NCBI GenBank assembly: GCA_018398765.1
Contig: JAHBMJ010000138.1
Coordinates: 1-55,595, forward strand
Origin: Chromera velia
Taxonomy: Eukaryota
DNA length: 55,595 nt
Reading direction: 5' to 3'
The notes below the pieces were generated by a model. The model was not told where the DNA came from and made no database searches. It saw nothing but the letters and a program-made list of their open reading frames with translations. Within the stretch, counting starts at the first letter, position 1. Every line of letters starts with the position of its first letter. Position numbers and translations under genes: made by a program. Shown here piece after piece: positions 37,518 through 50,369 of the stretch.

Positions 37518-38917
37518 ATGAAGAAAAAGGACAAGGCAGCCAAGGGACCGAAACCAAAACCTGCAGAGGAGGAGGAGGATCTGGACTGGTTGCGTTCTTA
37601 TGACGGGAATTGGTACGATTTGGATATCAGGGGTGTTCAAACCAGCAGGGAGGCATGCGAGGGAGAAGGAGAAGGACCACCCCTGTCAATTTCCTTCTCG
37701 GGCCCTGCAGGTGTGAGGGACGCTGTGGACTCCCTCCTGCAGACAGCCAAGGAGAGACACGCAGAGAGGACAAAACAGTTCGGGAAATTGGCCAATGAGG
37801 ACACGGAGCAGCAGTTCGTGAGGAACTATGCGACTAAGGAGGGATCCACTCTGACTGATAAGGTGAGGTAAAGGTGCGGTAAATGGATCTCCAGTGAAAT
37901 GAAATTTGCGCCATCCGATAGAACGAGAGTGAAACAACTGACAGGTGAAATGACGCGATCAAGAAAGCGGTGCACTCCGACTGACAAGGTCAATTCATGC
38001 CCTAACCCATCTGTTCCAGCCGTCTCCAACGTTCCCCCACTCTTCAATAAAGCCAAATAGAAACCAAAAGAGCCTTTGTCCCCTGTATGCAGGTGAATTC
38101 TCTGATCATTCTGGTACAGCAGTCTCCGATTTTCAACTCCTGGGCCCTGACGTCTCTGTTGAATTTATGCGGCAGGCTGAAGAGCAACAGGGCCCAGCCG
38201 GTTCTCAACGCTCTGCACGATCTCTTCCTTCACCCCCTTTTGCCCGTCTCCAGAAAATTGCGTTTTTTTCATCAGCAGCCGCAGATCAAACAGGAAAGAC
38301 TGGAGTCTCGGTTCAATGAGGAATTGAAGAAGTGGAAGGAGACGCACAGGAAGACCCACGTGAAGGCCAAGAAGAACAAAAACAAACCACAGGAACGGAT
38401 GACCTTGAACCTCTTTCTGGAAGAACGAACGGCAGTTGTGTGGTACTTTGAGGATCTCTTGAAAACTGCGTTTGCCGGGTTTGTGCAGGTCGGTGCGTCT
38501 GTCAGTGGGTCTGTCGATCAGTCGCACCACAGAAAAGAACGAAAGCCGCATTTCCTTCCGCCTGTTTGTTCTCTTCAAAAGTCGCCTCCAAGAAAAGAGG
38601 CACCTCTGTCGTGCTGCGGCATTTGTTTGCCTCTCTTGGTCTGTCTCTCCTTTTCCATTTAGTGATGGGCCTTTGGGTGTCTGTCTGACGATCCTGTTCT
38701 CTACTCTTTTTTTTTCTGTGTCCTGCCTCCTACTTCTTCGTTTTTGTTCCTCAATTCCATTCATTCTCCCCCCTCCTCGTTTTTCCTTTTTGGCATCAAG
38801 ATGGAGCTTCGAGGGGTTGAACTTTCCCCCTGCACATGCACAGAAGACTTTCTTGTTGTTTCCTGCGCCCAGGCTTCTTCTGGATGCACTTTTTGGCGCG
38901 CGCAAGCGTGTGTGTGA

Positions 38918-38957
<40 letters not shown>

Positions 38958-39147
38958 CTGCTTGCCGCTGCCACTCTGGACCCTCTGGAAATTTTTCGCC
39001 GCCGCTCTCTGACGATCTGCTGCTCTCTTCTGAAGAGTAGACCTGAGCAGGAAGGGGCGCTGTTGGAGAGACTGGTGACCAGACTAGGCGACTCGGATAA
39101 CAGGACCGCGTCGCTGGCGGCAATGTGCATCAAGGAGGTCAGTCAAG

Positions 39148-39178
<31 letters not shown>

Positions 39179-40998
39179 AGGCTTCAGCGTGTTTTGTGTG
39201 ACTGGTCTTGTTGTATGTGCGCACCATTTTTGTGGCATGTCTGCATGTGTCTAGTCCCCTTTTTGTGGCTCTGTGCACGATAGAGGCCCGTGAGGTCATT
39301 CGATAGTTCACCTTTTCAGTCAGAAGGCGCGTGATGCAGTGAGACAGCCATGTCGTATGTATAACTATGACTATGACTATGGCGCGCCATTGTTATCCGT
39401 ATCCAGAGCTAACTGGATACTTCTAACGTTAGGCAGTGTTGCTATTTCCTAGGATGCGACGCTACACTGTCTGAGTCATGCAGTAGTAAGATTTTATTGA
39501 ACAGACTCTGTGCAGGTAGGCCAAGCGGTGAAGCAAGCGGCTTTAATTTGTCTTGCAGAAGCTGTCTGGATATGTTTTGAAAAAATCTCTTTCCTTTGGT
39601 TTGACTCCGCAAAGTTCCTTAATTGTCATCGTCTTCTCTGATTTTTTTTTTTCTTGTCGTCGTCTTCTCTGATTTAGCTCGAGCTGACTCTCCTCGACTT
39701 CTCTCTTCTCTATCCCCTTCCCTGTCCCCCCTCTGTGCAGGTGTTGGAGGAGCACCCGGCCATGGGTGTCGTAGTGGTGTCCTCCATCTCGGAGCTCGTG
39801 CAGAAGAGCATCATGCAGCTTAACGAAATGCCACCCCCCAGCAGGCACATGGGGGGGAGAGGGAGAGGGAGAGGTCGGGGCAGAGGACGAGGCTCTAAGT
39901 TGAGGTTTGAGCAGCAGAAGGAAGAGGCAAAGCAGGCCGAGAGGGACAGGAGACGGGGGATGGAGAGGAGACGGGAGGGGGCATACAGAGGGCTCCTTCT
40001 GCTCTCGGAGCTCAAATTGAGGAGGTCAGCAATGTCGTCATGTTTTTTTGTGTTTGGATCGGAATGGTGCCACTCACAGATTCCTGAACGATTGGATGCG
40101 AGACTCGTGATGGGAGGGAGGGAGAAGATCTGCATCTCTTTTCTCTCTCTGACTGCGTTCATCTTTCGTTTCCGCACATGAGAAGGGAAGGTCTTTGGGA
40201 GAACAGGAGACGAGAGAGAAAGAGAAGATCCTTGCTCGTATGCTTCAGGTCTCAAGACAAATCTTTCGGGGTTGTCTCTTTCTTTTCGTCTCTCTCTGGG
40301 CATATACGGGAACACAAAAGGAAGGAAGATTGCGTAACTTCTTGTGTCCTTTTCATGGGAGGGACCAATCGGATTCTTTCCCTTCTGTTGAATGTGCATG
40401 TATGTATGTATGTATGTATGTATGTATGTGCCTGTCCTTGCATCTGCCTGCGTTCATCCAGAGGACAGCCCGAGGTTGCAGAACGACTTGCCGACGCGTA
40501 CCTCTCGGCCCTCGGGGTTCTCTTGGGGGGGGCTGCTGAGGGAGAGGGAGGGGAGGGGGGAGTGGCTGTTGAAAATGGGGGGGGAGGGGCAATGCACCAC
40601 GGGGCGATCGAAAATGGTGGGTGGGACCATGCGATCGTCGATCTCTTTTTGCCCTTTCTTTTTTTCTGGAAAGGAAGCCCGTTCTTGGCTCCCCTCGCAC
40701 GTACCCTCGTGTGCTACTCGATCAACGTCCTTTCTCTCTTTGCTTCTCCTGTCATTCTCTGCCAATTTTGTCTTCCTTCGTGTCTTCAACCTTTGCTGCT
40801 CTGTCGGATGGACCCTTTCCCTTGTGCCGCCACGGCATCTTTTTCCTTCTTTCTTCCTTTCTGTGTCGTTCTCTTCTCTGCATGCCCTCCGGACCTGATA
40901 CCATCATCTGGTCAAATGCAAAGAGAATGAATGCATTGTATTGCCCCGTGTGATTCTTTCTGTATTCTGCATCGGATACTCCAAATGCACTTCTCCCG

Positions 40999-41035
<37 letters not shown>

Positions 41036-42557
41036 GCCTGCCTGTCTGTCTGTCTGTCTGTGTGTCTGTCTGTCTGTCTGTCCTTCCGTCTGTCTGTCCT
41101 TCCGTCTGTCTGTGTGTCTGTCTGTCTGTCTGTGTCTGTCTCTCCGTCTGTCTGTCCTTCTGTCTGTCTGTCTGTCTGTCAGGAGGCGTCGGTGAAGAGG
41201 GCAGAAGGAGAGGGCGAGGAAGGGGCCTATGGAGGGGCAGAGGGGGAAGGGGAAGAGGGGGCATGTTTGGTTTCTCTGCATCCTCCTCGGCTTGGACCTC
41301 TCAAAGGAAAAGTATGGACAAGAGATCGAAAGTGGGTCGGTCTTTTTTTGTTTGTTTGTTTGTTTGTCGTCAAACAATCAGACTCCATTTTGTATCTCTG
41401 TCACATGTACACTGTCTCCTTCTTCCCCCTCCTCCGTATTCTCTCTCTGTTTTCCTGTCTCAAAAACAAAATTGAGTGCATACCCTTCATCCTTCGCTGT
41501 CCACTCCCTCCTTCCTTCATCCCTCCCTGATTGCAGGCCAGCGGCATTTCAGAGAAGATGTTCGGAATTCTCCGGGCCCTCTTGTCAGGCCTCCACAGAG
41601 TCTTTCCTTATCTCCCAGACCCATCAGATGGCAAAGAGGAAGGGGAGAAAAAGGAAGGAGGGGAAGAGAACAAGAAGGATAAAGGGAGAGTGGCTCTTGC
41701 GACGAAATTGGAGAGCAGGGTCGACTCTCTCTTCAAGATGTGCCACTTGGTCCCCTCCCCTCCTCTGGTTATACTCTGTCTTCTTGTGCTCAAGAGACTT
41801 GCAAGCGCATACAGGTGTGTGTGTTCGGTCGACGTTGGACCGTGTGGCCTCCCTCTTATGAGGGCGTGTCGCAGTTTCTTTCGCATTGGGACGGCGGATG
41901 GGGGGAGACTTTATGAAGGGCGCTGAGAGTGGACAAAGAAGCATGTGTCGCACTTCTGTTCAAGAGAACACGCATGCCGGTTTCCCATTTTTTCTCTTCT
42001 CTGCTGTCTGATGCGATCCTTTGTGATCTGATAATTACTTTTGGTCTTTTTTTGTCGTGTACTTCTTGATCCCGCTGGCACTCCTCGCTTTCTTTCCTGA
42101 CTAGCGGTGGGCTTGATGGATGATGCACTTAGCCGCGCTTTCTTCAGTTGATTGATTCATGCAGCGGTTGACTTTTGACTCACCTCCCGTCCCGAGATTC
42201 AGTAGACATTCTTCTTTCTGCCTTTGCGATGGATGCAGTCTGAGCTCGGATCGGTTTCTCCGTCTCCTCTACGCACAGCTGGGCAGGGTGGATCTTTTCA
42301 GCGTGAGTTTTTTTTTTCAATTATTGTTATTTTTTTTTTTTTTTAAAAAGGGTGGATCCTTTTAGTGTGAGGTTTTTTTTTTTTTTAAAAAAAAAAAAGG
42401 TGGATCTTTTTAGTGTGATTTTTTTTGTTTTGTTTTTTAATGAGGGTGGATCTTCTCAGTGTGAGTTTTTGTTTTTCTTCTTTCTGAGTGATGGCAGGGC
42501 GTTGCCGGAGTGCTAGATCTGAATGGGACGACCGATCCGTTGCATCCATCGATGATG

Positions 42558-42590
<33 letters not shown>

Positions 42591-45500
42591 GCCCACTTTG
42601 TCTGAGTTGTCGTGATGTTCTTTTGTCTTTGTTGCTTTCTTTCTTTCTGTCTATTGTGTTCATGAAGAAAGGAAGGGAGAAGAAGAAACAGATAGTCTGT
42701 CTGTCTGTCTGAGTTTTCCTTCCTTCCTTCCTTCCTTCCTTCACCTTGGAGGAAGGTACACACATACATCTTGTATCTGTTTGCGCCTAGGCCCTTTTGG
42801 GGTGTCAAAAGCGATCCGAAAAGCTGCGGATCGTGCTGCGTGCTGCTGCTTTCTATAAGGGCGTGCACTCGCGCAGAGAGAGAGAAGGAGAGAGGGGGAG
42901 GGAGAGAGACAGCGCCGTGGGCAAGGGAGACTGCTGCGTTTCTCCGTGTGTTCTTCAGGCAATTTGTTCTGATCTTCGCTTCGTTCACTGCATGCAAGAA
43001 GCTTTTCTTTCCTCATTTTCGTGTTTCGTGCGTGCAGGCCCGCAACAGACATCAGCTTCTGAGTCTGGTCGAGCACACCCTGGAGGAGGGCGAAGAGGAG
43101 AGGCCGCCCAGGTGAGGCATGCAGGGCAGAAGAAGAAGAAAGGGTTGCGTTGCGTTGGGGCAGTGGGAGTTGGTACTCGGGGGGGCAGAAAGAAAGTGGG
43201 TCGGCAGGGAAAAAAAGGAGCGGGGCAGAAAGAAAAGCGTAAGAGGAGACAAGGGGGAACAGAAGGAAAAGCGTAGATGGGAAACAGAAAGAAAAGGCAG
43301 GGGCAGAAAGGAGGCAAAATATGGACAAGTGCAAAGAAACGGAACCGGGCAGAAGCACGCTTCGTCTCTTCCTTCTGTTTTGCGTCCTCAAAAAGAGAAG
43401 CGACACCGAAAGAGTGCGGGCAGGGCGGCCCGTTTGGCGACAGACAAGAACGAGTCTGGTGTGTTTCTGTGTCTAGATCATCTACTCTCCTTCCTGTTTT
43501 ACTGCCCCTTCCCTTCCCTCTCCCACCTGATTCCTCCTCCCTGCCTGCAGAGTGTTTGCCCTTCTGCGGCGGCTCCTCGCGTCCGTGGCCCTCCACTGGG
43601 ACTCTGCCGATTTGGAGGCCCATGGGTTGGAGACGCTGGGGGGGGCTCTGTGCTCGGGTCGTGTCAGACAGGCCGTGGCGTTGGACCTTGTCTCAAGGTC
43701 TGAGGGTGCGATTGTGATGGATGCAGAGGGGGAGGAGGAGCTTGGTAGGGGGGAGAGGGAGGAGGAGGAAGACGAAGAGGAGGGAGAGGGGAGAGAGGAG
43801 AAGAATCAACTCGCTCTGAAAGGATTCGACTGCAACAAGAGAGAGCCCATCTTCTCGAAGGTGAGTTGTTAAAGGATGAAATCGGTGTGAGGAGGAGTGT
43901 CCAAATGAATCCTTGGATGGATGGATGGATGGATGGATAGATAGATGGATCAGCAATAAGGGCCCAAAAAAGTGTCGGAATGCCCCGAGTGCACTGTTCG
44001 GGTGAATCGCTTGTACTTCCTGCGGAATTTGAAAGGATTCGTGTGAAAGAAAGGGATGAAAGGAGGGGTGCACACATAAATAAGTACTTGGTGTTACGCA
44101 CCTGGAGGTTGTCGCTGTTTCGATCGTTCTTTGTGTCATTTTCCTTTCGGCCTGCCCTTCCAGTTGGTGTGCATGTGTGTACATTTATGTACCTGTGCCC
44201 CCCCCCCCCCCCCCCCCCCNNNNNNNNNNNNNNNNNNNNNNNNNNNNNNNNNNNNNNNNNNNNNNCCCGCCTCCCTCTTCATGCAGGCTGACAGAACTCC
44301 CCTGTGGGAGCTGCACCTGCTGAGTTGCGACGTGCACCCGACGGTGGGTGAGGTTGCGTCCAGGCTGATAGAGGAGCCCTCAGTCGCAGAGTCTTTGCCT
44401 GGTAAGGCAGCGGGGCTGGCTCGTTTGGCGGTGGGGCAGCTGAAGGTATTGGAGCAACGTGCGGCGGCGGCAAAGGAAAAGGCGGAGAGACGACGGCAGG
44501 ACGCGGAGGGGAAGGGGGAGAAGGCGGGTGGGGGGTCTCAAAGAGAAGAGAGGGAGAGGTTTGGAGTGGAGTTGAAAAAACTGGAGACCTCAAAGGTTTG
44601 TTCTTCCCTCGAATTTTGCCTCCTGTGAATAGATTTGCCTCTTTGTTGCTTTGGAAAGGGAATCGGTACAAAACTGAACTGATCAATTGCTGTGGGGGGT
44701 TCCTCAGATTCAGCAGTATGTGGGTCGGTCGAAGAGAAGACGGGGGGGGCGAGACACGAAGAGAAGAAAAAACGAGGGCGTGGAAGAAAAGAGAGCACAG
44801 CGGGCACGCATACGTGCATTCTGATTATCTCGAATCCTCTATGTGTTTGTCAAAACAAACATACGTGATATTTTTCTTTTTGTTCTCTGCTTTTTCATCA
44901 AACAACAAGGGAGACAAGAGTTCTTTCGGCACTCATTTTTTCTTCCTTCCTTCCTTCTTTCCTTCCACAGATCCTCAACGCCCTCACATACGCACCAGTC
45001 GAAGTGGACGTCGAGACTGAGGTAAGGCTGTCTGTCTCTCTCTCTCTGTCTCTCTGTTTCAAAAGAAAAAAAAAATCGTACAATCTGTCTGTTTGTTTCT
45101 TCCCATCTGTTTGCCTCTTAATCGCATTGATTTCCTGCAGGGCAGAGGCAGAGGGATCTTTTGATTGTCTTCCCGTCTTTGTCTGTCATCCCGTTCATTA
45201 ATTCTTATGATTTCCTCATCTCAGAATGTTGTGCCTTGCATATGACCGCGGTCTAGTCCCTTTGTCTCTGTGCATGCGTCTCTGTGTGCATGCTCCCTTT
45301 GTCTCTGTGCATGCGTCTCTGTGTGCATGCTCCTTTCTGGATTTGTGTACATGCAAAGTGAGTCTGGAGAGAGGGAGAGAGAGAGAGAGAGAGAGTGTGT
45401 GTGTGTGTGTGCAGGGCAAAAAAGCGGACGGCCAACGTGCGACCGTCTCGACGGAGGTGATCATGTCGGAAGGGTGTCTGTGGCCCTCCATGGCCGATTT

Positions 45501-48159
45501 CTTTCGGAAGGATCGGAAGGAAAAGGCGAAGGCGGGGGGGATGGGGGAGCAGGGCAAAGGGAAGCAGAAAAAAGAGAGTTTAGGCGGCAAGGGAAAGGGA
45601 ACACCGGCTCTCTCAGAAACTCCAGGGGCCTTCATTGCAGGGGTCAAGGAGGCGAGGGCAAAGGCACGCAAAAGACTGCCCCCACATCTCCGGTTCTTCG
45701 CAGAGTTTTTTATGGTCTGTCAGCCTGCAGGGCCTTGCTTGTCTGTCTGTCTGTCTGTATGTATGTCTGTTTCTGTCAGAAGACACCATCTTTTATACTC
45801 TTGTCTGAATTTTTTTGATCTTTGTTGCTTTTCCGAATCTTTTTCATCTTTGTTGCTTGTCCGAATCCTTTTCATCTTTGTTGCTTGTCCGAATCTTTTT
45901 CATTTTTGTTGCTTGTCCGAATCCTTTTCATCTTTGTTGCTTGTCCGAATCCTTTTCATCTTTGTTGCTTGTCCGAATCTTTTTCATCTTTGTTGCTTGT
46001 CCGAATCCTTTTCATCTTTGTTGCTTGTCCGAATCTTTTTCAGTTTTTTGTTGCTTGTCCGAATCCTTTTCATCTTTGTTGCTTGTCCGAATCCTTTTCA
46101 TCTTTGTTGCTTGTCCGAATCCTTTTCAGTTTTGTTGCTTGTCCGAATCCTTTTCATTTTTGTTGCTTGTCCGAATCCTTTTCATCTTTGTTGCTTGTCC
46201 GAATCTTTTTCATTTTTGTTGCTTGACCGAATCTTTTTCATTTTTGTTGCTTGTCCGACCTGCTTCGTCTTCTTTCTTTATGGAACTTGCGTGATCTTTT
46301 TGTTGTCTGTTTCTCCGTTTCACTGGAGTTACGTTCTCTGATTGTCGCTGCCTTCTTCTCTCTCAACACCCCATCACCCCAGCTCTCTCTCCACTTTCCT
46401 CTTTCTGCCTTTGTCGCTCTCTGTCTCAAAGAAACCCCCTTCTCTCCATCTCAGTATCCGGCAGCGCTGCAAGAGAGCGAGAAGAGCGAACGAAATGCGT
46501 GCACAAAACTTTCCATGACGCCCTCACCTCACTTCCTGTGTATCCATCCTCTCCCCCCCCTTCTCTCGCTCTCCCTCTTCCTTCCTTCCTTCCTTCCTTC
46601 CTTCCTGTCAGGACCCGGCGGTGCTGGAGGAAAGAGAGATCAGAGAGGCAAAGCGACGAGACGAGAGCGGGATCGACAAGGCTGCCCTGGAGGAGATGTA
46701 TGATGAGGAGCTAGGGGGGGAGGACGAGGACGAGGAAGCTGCGGAGAGAGATGTCAGTTCACTGCTTTGCATCGATCTGTTGTCATTTGTTTAAGAGAGA
46801 TCCACATGCAGTCAACATAAGAAGCCGGACAGGGAAGGCAGAGGAAGATGGACGAGAAAGCTGCCGAGAGGGATGTGGAGGGGCGGACTCACGGACATTT
46901 AATTCAGGCCGGCGCAGAAAGCAGCAACGGCCCCAAGAGAAATAACAGGACGGAGAAGAAATAAACTGTGAAGAAAAGACGATACCCCCCCCCCCCTTTC
47001 AATTTGTTTGCGTGTGTGTACGTGCGTACTTTTTGGGTCCTTAGTGTTGGTGTGTGTATGTGATCTGTGAGGGCATCAGATTCGCTCACTTCCCTTCTTT
47101 TCCTCCCTTCCTCTTGTCTCTATTTCTCTTTCTTTGTCCTCTGCCGTCTCTCTCTGTGTCAGGCGGATGCCTTTTTTGAGTCTGTCCTGAGGGGCGAGAT
47201 GGGAGGGGAGGGACTGTCAGACGAGGAGGAAGACGAAGACGAGGAAGGACTTTCTGAGGGGGAGGGGGGGGAAGACGGAGAGGACCAGTTTGGCAAATGG
47301 GACATGGGGCCTGAGGGAGACGGCGACTCAGAGGAGGGGGGGTCTGACTTTGAGGAAGAGGACGAGCTGCTTCCCTCAGGGATGGGTGAAGACGGAGACG
47401 AAGAAGAAGAAGGAGAGGATGAAGAGTTTGAGTTCGAGGAAGAGGATGAGGAGGAAGAGCAGACGGGAAGGGGCCGAGCTAAAAAGAGAAGCGCTGAACA
47501 AGGTGCGATGCTCGAAGATCTCTCTGAGTGCACGTGGCGTTTCATTTTTTCGTCCATTTGTGTTGTCTTGCAGTTCGCGTAAGCTTTCTCCTGAATTTTC
47601 AAATCAGCAAGCCAGTTTGAAGGCTTCTGTATCCATTATCCATTCGTATCTATACGTGTGGAAAGAAAAGGACTCGTTCGTTGGTGTGCCGTTCAGTGAA
47701 TGGACGAGGACGAAAAAGGAAGAGAGGGGGAGTGACAGAGCAGAGGAACTGGAGAGAGAGAAAAAGGAAGATGGCGCATGTGTGTGAGCAGGCGTGGGTT
47801 CGTCCATTTTTGCGTTCGTGTTCAGGTGTCTGTGCGTGCTTGCGCGCGTGTTTGCATGATCTGCATACCTCTTCACTCTGGAGACTGGAATCGCCCAGGA
47901 AAACCTGCATGAGTCCATACATTCGTCTCTACGTTCATGGAAATCAAAAGGTCCATGCACATTTCTGTTGACCCGCGTACTTTGTGCAGCTGACAAAGAG
48001 AGAACTACGGGACGAGGCGCCATGGAGGAGGTCCGGGGGCCTTCGAAAAAGAAAAAACGAGAAAATAAAACAAAGCTGAAGGGGGCCCCCTCGTTTGCGT
48101 CAGCAAGTGATTACTTAGAGATGATTGAAAAGGACTTTGAAGATCAAGGAACCGACTGA
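37518..48159 (+). CDS. CEBPZ: CCAAT-binding factor / Mak21 / Noc1 60S ribosome-biogenesis protein (~1181 aa, 16 exons)
   Basis: Phase-consistent exons: 37518-37862, 38093-38488, 38958-39137, 39741-40024, 40462-40616, 41183-41331, 41537-41814, 42239-42302, 43038-43111, 43551-43860, 44287-44595, 44971-45021, 45415-45714, 46612-46752, 47163-47502, 47990-48159. Hallmark motifs: [83 protein letters not shown], acidic tract, C-terminal PSFASASDY. Confidence 0.92.
41000..41180. repeat. (GTCT)n microsatellite ending at a splice acceptor
   Basis: Tandem repeat runs into TCAG at 41182. Confidence 0.9.
45800..46258. repeat. 28-bp minisatellite (CTTTTCATCTTTGTTGCTTGTCCGAATC), roughly 15-16 copies, in a CEBPZ intron
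   Basis: Head-to-tail near-identical units without spacers. Confidence 0.95.
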
Positions 48160-48554
48160 TTGAAACAGATATGCAAATTAAATAACCATACATGAAGGTA
48201 ATAGAAAGTAATATGATCGAGTTTTATGACCTGTCCAATAACTTGACAATAAATCTAGGGGTGGACACTAAAGTTTTAAAAAAAAAAAAATTGTTAAAGT
48301 TTTTTTTTTTTTCCCACTCCAGACTTTATTTTAGAAAAATCGTTTTCAATTTAATCGTTTTTCAATGTATTTAAATGGGTCCTTAATTAAGTCAGTCATA
48401 TAACTACATATAAAAAGTCTGGGCTAAAAATCTGAGTTTAGATCTGAGTGTAATTCTAGTCTCGTAGATAAGGGATAAGAGTCATCTTAAGGGGTTTTAT
48501 CGGTGCCCGCATACAATGAGGTGCACCCCATTGCCATTTGTGGAAGGCATACAA

Positions 48555-49318
48555 CCCTGCGAAGACCTAGGAATTTAAACAGAAATTTAGAGGAATTTAG
48601 ACACGAATTTAGCTAGAAATCCTCTAGTAAATCCTAATAGAATTCTACAGGTAAAGGAATTAAAACTCCTAAATTCTTATATTTTAGATATCAATTTCTC
48701 ATGATCGAGTCATAACTTTTTTAAAAGTATGATGACTTAGAACTTAATGTTGGCAGTGCTTTAATATATATACACCTATTAATTATTATGTCACCTAATA
48801 TATGGCTATAAGCTACTATAAGCATCTTTAATAATAATCAAGCTAGGTGTGTTCTATAAAGTTATTTTTATAATAAAGTCTGACCACAGACTTTAGACTT
48901 TAAAACTTCTTTGGTAAGTTTGGTTTTAAAACTTTAAGAATAAAAAGTTTGAAGATATTAATTTGCTGTTTAGGATTAATCGTTTAGCTTTTTAAAACAT
49001 TTTTCAATATATGACAAAAAACTTTTAAAGTCCATTTCAAAAGTTATATTTTAGAGTTTATAGACTTAAACCAGACTTTAAACTTCATTTGAAATTCACT
49101 TTAAAAGTTTACAGATCACACTCAGTAATCAAGCTACATATGAAGTTCTAATTCATCTAACACAGTTCATGAGAAATCGACCTCTAAAGTTTGCTGAATT
49201 CCTATAAATTCTTGTCTCTAATAAAAATTTAAATTCCTTTTAATTCCTAGCTAAATTCCTCTAAGCTCCTGTCTAAATTCTTTCAAATTCCTGTATAAAT
49301 CCCTAGGTCCTTGCAGGG
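48555..49318. mobile_element. MITE with CCC...GGG termini and a possible 2-bp (AA) TSD
   Basis: CCCTGCGAAGACCTAGGAATTTA vs TAAATCCCTAGGTCCTTGCAGGG; GAATTTAG/CTAAATTC subterminal repeats. Confidence 0.75.
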
Positions 49319-49429
49319 AATGAACGATATTTAAAAGATAAAACGGTGCGTCATTTTTTTTATTTGTCTAGTTATTTGTGTGTGCAGGTGTTTTCACTTA
49401 TTCTTATAGACCAATTATACTTTCTACTA

Positions 49430-49978
49430 CACATGTAACCAGTTGGTAACCAATCTGTCTAGGCAACTAGGCTAGAATCCAATGGTTACCAAGAATTGGT
49501 AACCAATTTTTGGTAACCAACGGTCTCAGCCATTGCTAAAACAAAGCTAAAACAAAGCAAATTGCATTGCTAAAATGAAAACATCTTGCCTATCTAAGGC
49601 TCATTTTCTTTAGTCTTCAATACCAAATATTCCCGATCGAGCTGAAGATGATCGAGGATGATCGTTGCCAACTAGCTTGCCAATTTTTTTGGAGTGGATG
49701 GGTCGTAGGTTTAACCCTAGCTATAATTTCAATAATTTTGAAATCAAGTTTGGGATTTAAAGTGTGTTAAAAGAAGTTTAAAGTTGTTCTAACCTAGTTT
49801 AGATATTTTTCTACTCAAAAACTATAAAAACTAGTATAAAAAAGTTTTTGATTACATAAGGATTCGTAACCAATCCACGTAAAAATTCATTACCAGCGTT
49901 TTTTCAAAATTGACTAGAAAATTGATTACCTACCAGTTAAGCTAGCAATTAAGATTGGTAACCAATTGGTTACATATG
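49430..49978. mobile_element. MITE with TA flanks
   Basis: TA|CACATGTAACCAGTTGGTAACCAATCT vs AGATTGGTAACCAATTGGTTACATATG|TA. Confidence 0.75.
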
Positions 49979-50369
49979 TACTTTCTGCAAATAAGATCCA
50001 AGAACCAGAATAAGAGAGCGGTCATGCATACGCCAACAGGCTTCCAAACCTCTTTTTTTCTGACTCGGATACATCTTATTCTGACAATGTAGCTTCCTAT
50101 ATATTTTAGAACAAATTTTGGTTTTAAAGATTTTTTAAAGGGGCAATTCGATCCTGGTTTGCTGTATTAATATTATGTATATCAGAATTCCAGTTCAACA
50201 TGTGTTCATTTAAAACTTCACTATCCATCACTGTACAGCTTGACATTCCTGCTTCTTGCAAAAGTCTTTTTCACTGTTTCATTCTTTGCTGCAATGAAAA
50301 GTGCAGCTGGAGACCATCTTTTCAGTAATCTATGAAGTTCAATCTGCAAACAAAGGAGAAAAGCTGTGT

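Noticed and set aside
45800..46258. CRISPR-like 28-bp repeat array
   Set aside because: No unique spacers, no cas genes, and it lies in a eukaryotic intron
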